DNA from: Octopus sinensis
Taxonomy: Eukaryota
Assembly: GCF_006345805.1 (NCBI RefSeq)
Contig: NW_021823943.1
Span: forward strand, 1 to 19,794
Direction of reading: 5' to 3'
DNA: 19,794 bases
The position numbers and the translations under genes were made by a program. The notes beneath the pieces were generated by a model, which had not been told where the DNA came from, did not search any database, and was given only the letters and a program-made list of their open reading frames with translations. Below, piece by piece: positions 18,759 through 19,794 of the stretch; within the stretch, counting starts at the first letter, position 1; every line of letters starts with the position of its first letter.

Positions 18759-18778
18759 TAGATAGATAGGTAGGTAGG

Positions 18779-18825
<47 letters not shown>

Positions 18826-18918
18826 GTAGGTAGGTAGATAGATAGATAGATAGGTAGATAGATAGACAGACAGACAGACAGATAGATAGGTAGGTAGATA
18901 GATAGATAGATAGGTAGG

Positions 18919-18973
<55 letters not shown>

Positions 18974-18978
18974 GTAGG

Positions 18979-19046
<68 letters not shown>

Positions 19047-19078
19047 CAGGCAGACAGACGGCCATACAGACAGACAGA
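18464..19078. repeat. Long (GATA/GACA/GGTA)n tetranucleotide array (Bkm-type)
   Basis: About 600 bp of in-phase tetramers; this is the source of the YLSI-repeat ORFs. Confidence 0.98.
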
Positions 19079-19124
19079 GCATATGTAGAAAGTAAAAAAG
19101 ATAAACGTAGAGAAAAGAAAGAAT

Positions 19125-19157
<33 letters not shown>

Positions 19158-19197
19158 TGAAGGATTGCTACACATGTGTCTGTCTTACAACTAAACT

Positions 19198-19223
19198 CAC
19201 TACAACTACGACGACAACTATAG

Positions 19224-19270
<47 letters not shown>
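19198..19270. repeat. (CTA)n microsatellite
   Basis: Seen directly. Confidence 0.95.
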
Positions 19271-19482
19271 GCGATAACGACTACAACTGAAGATTAATAA
19301 TCAGAAAATTAGCTTGTAGCCCCAGGAGAACATCGTCTCCAGCTGGCTTTAGGCACACTTTCTGTGCACTTATGTAGCTACAAGCTACAGTAACACCCAC
19401 CCTTAGTAGTTAGCCATATTGAGATGGCAAATATACCTCATATTGTCGTGCAGTTACTGGTTATACCTCGTTCAGAGATTCA

Positions 19483-19490
19483 ATATATAT

Positions 19491-19530
<40 letters not shown>
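19483..19530. repeat. (TA)n microsatellite
   Basis: Seen directly. Confidence 0.95.
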
Positions 19531-19674
19531 CGTATTAAAAGCGAAGTGAGCTAGAATATCAAGACTTATATATTATTATTATTTCTAAATCTCTGAGCGA
19601 GAAACATTCAGTAACAGTACTCTAGAATAATGAGTATTTGCCAATATGTGTGTGTATATATATATATACATATA

Positions 19675-19794
19675 TGCTGCAAAGTGCCTGGCTCTAAGTA
19701 TATCGCGAACACTTTTGTTCCAGACCCCACTTCGCAAGTCCTTTTATAGGGCTTAGATAAACTGAAGGACCCCTGCAATAAGTGCGTGAATCTG
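19675..19794 (+). mobile_element. Mariner-derived non-autonomous DNA transposon, cut by the window end
   Basis: TIR-like TGCTGCAAAGTGCCTGGCT (compare recalled mariner-type TGCTGAAAAGTTCCTGGCT), then GLDKLKDPCNKCVNL at 19750-19794, resembling the mariner transposase C-terminus (G..KL..RW.KCV...G.Y). Confidence 0.7.

Noticed and set aside
18120-19175. 351-aa and 222-aa minus-strand ORFs (YLSI/CLSV repeats)
   Set aside because: Translation of the (TATC/TGTC)n array, which lacks stops on that strand; no domain or exon evidence.
19591-19612. CTGAGCGAGAAAC as a hammerhead core (also CTGAAGA at 6418 and 6482)
   Set aside because: Core spacing is wrong or there is no stem II and GAAA partner.

Overview
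AT-rich, microsatellite-saturated eukaryotic non-coding DNA (intergenic or a large intron). The SINE families and simple-repeat density strongly suggest an octopus (coleoid cephalopod) genome; this is inferred from recalled repeat families, not from a search. No intact host protein-coding gene is supported: nearly all ORFs in the track are translations of simple repeats. Supported content: about 15 tRNA-derived SINE copies or fragments from at least three families (one with a perfect 13-bp target-site duplication), a 5'-truncated R4/Dong-type non-LTR retrotransposon endonuclease remnant inside an (AAT)n array, a mariner-derived non-autonomous element cut by the right edge, and many microsatellites including a ~600-bp GATA/GACA/GGTA array. 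The most notable unexplained structures are a 128-bp fold-back with palindromic termini (5145-5272), a degenerate Penelope-type minimal hammerhead ribozyme with a second decayed copy (14406-14523), a microsatellite 'landing pad' of stacked retroelements (1625-3007), a ~90-bp tandem repeat apparently derived from a SINE CORE domain, a fused inverted SINE-head hairpin, and several unique islands dense in promoter-like motifs. I found no convincing complete novel system; these are leads.
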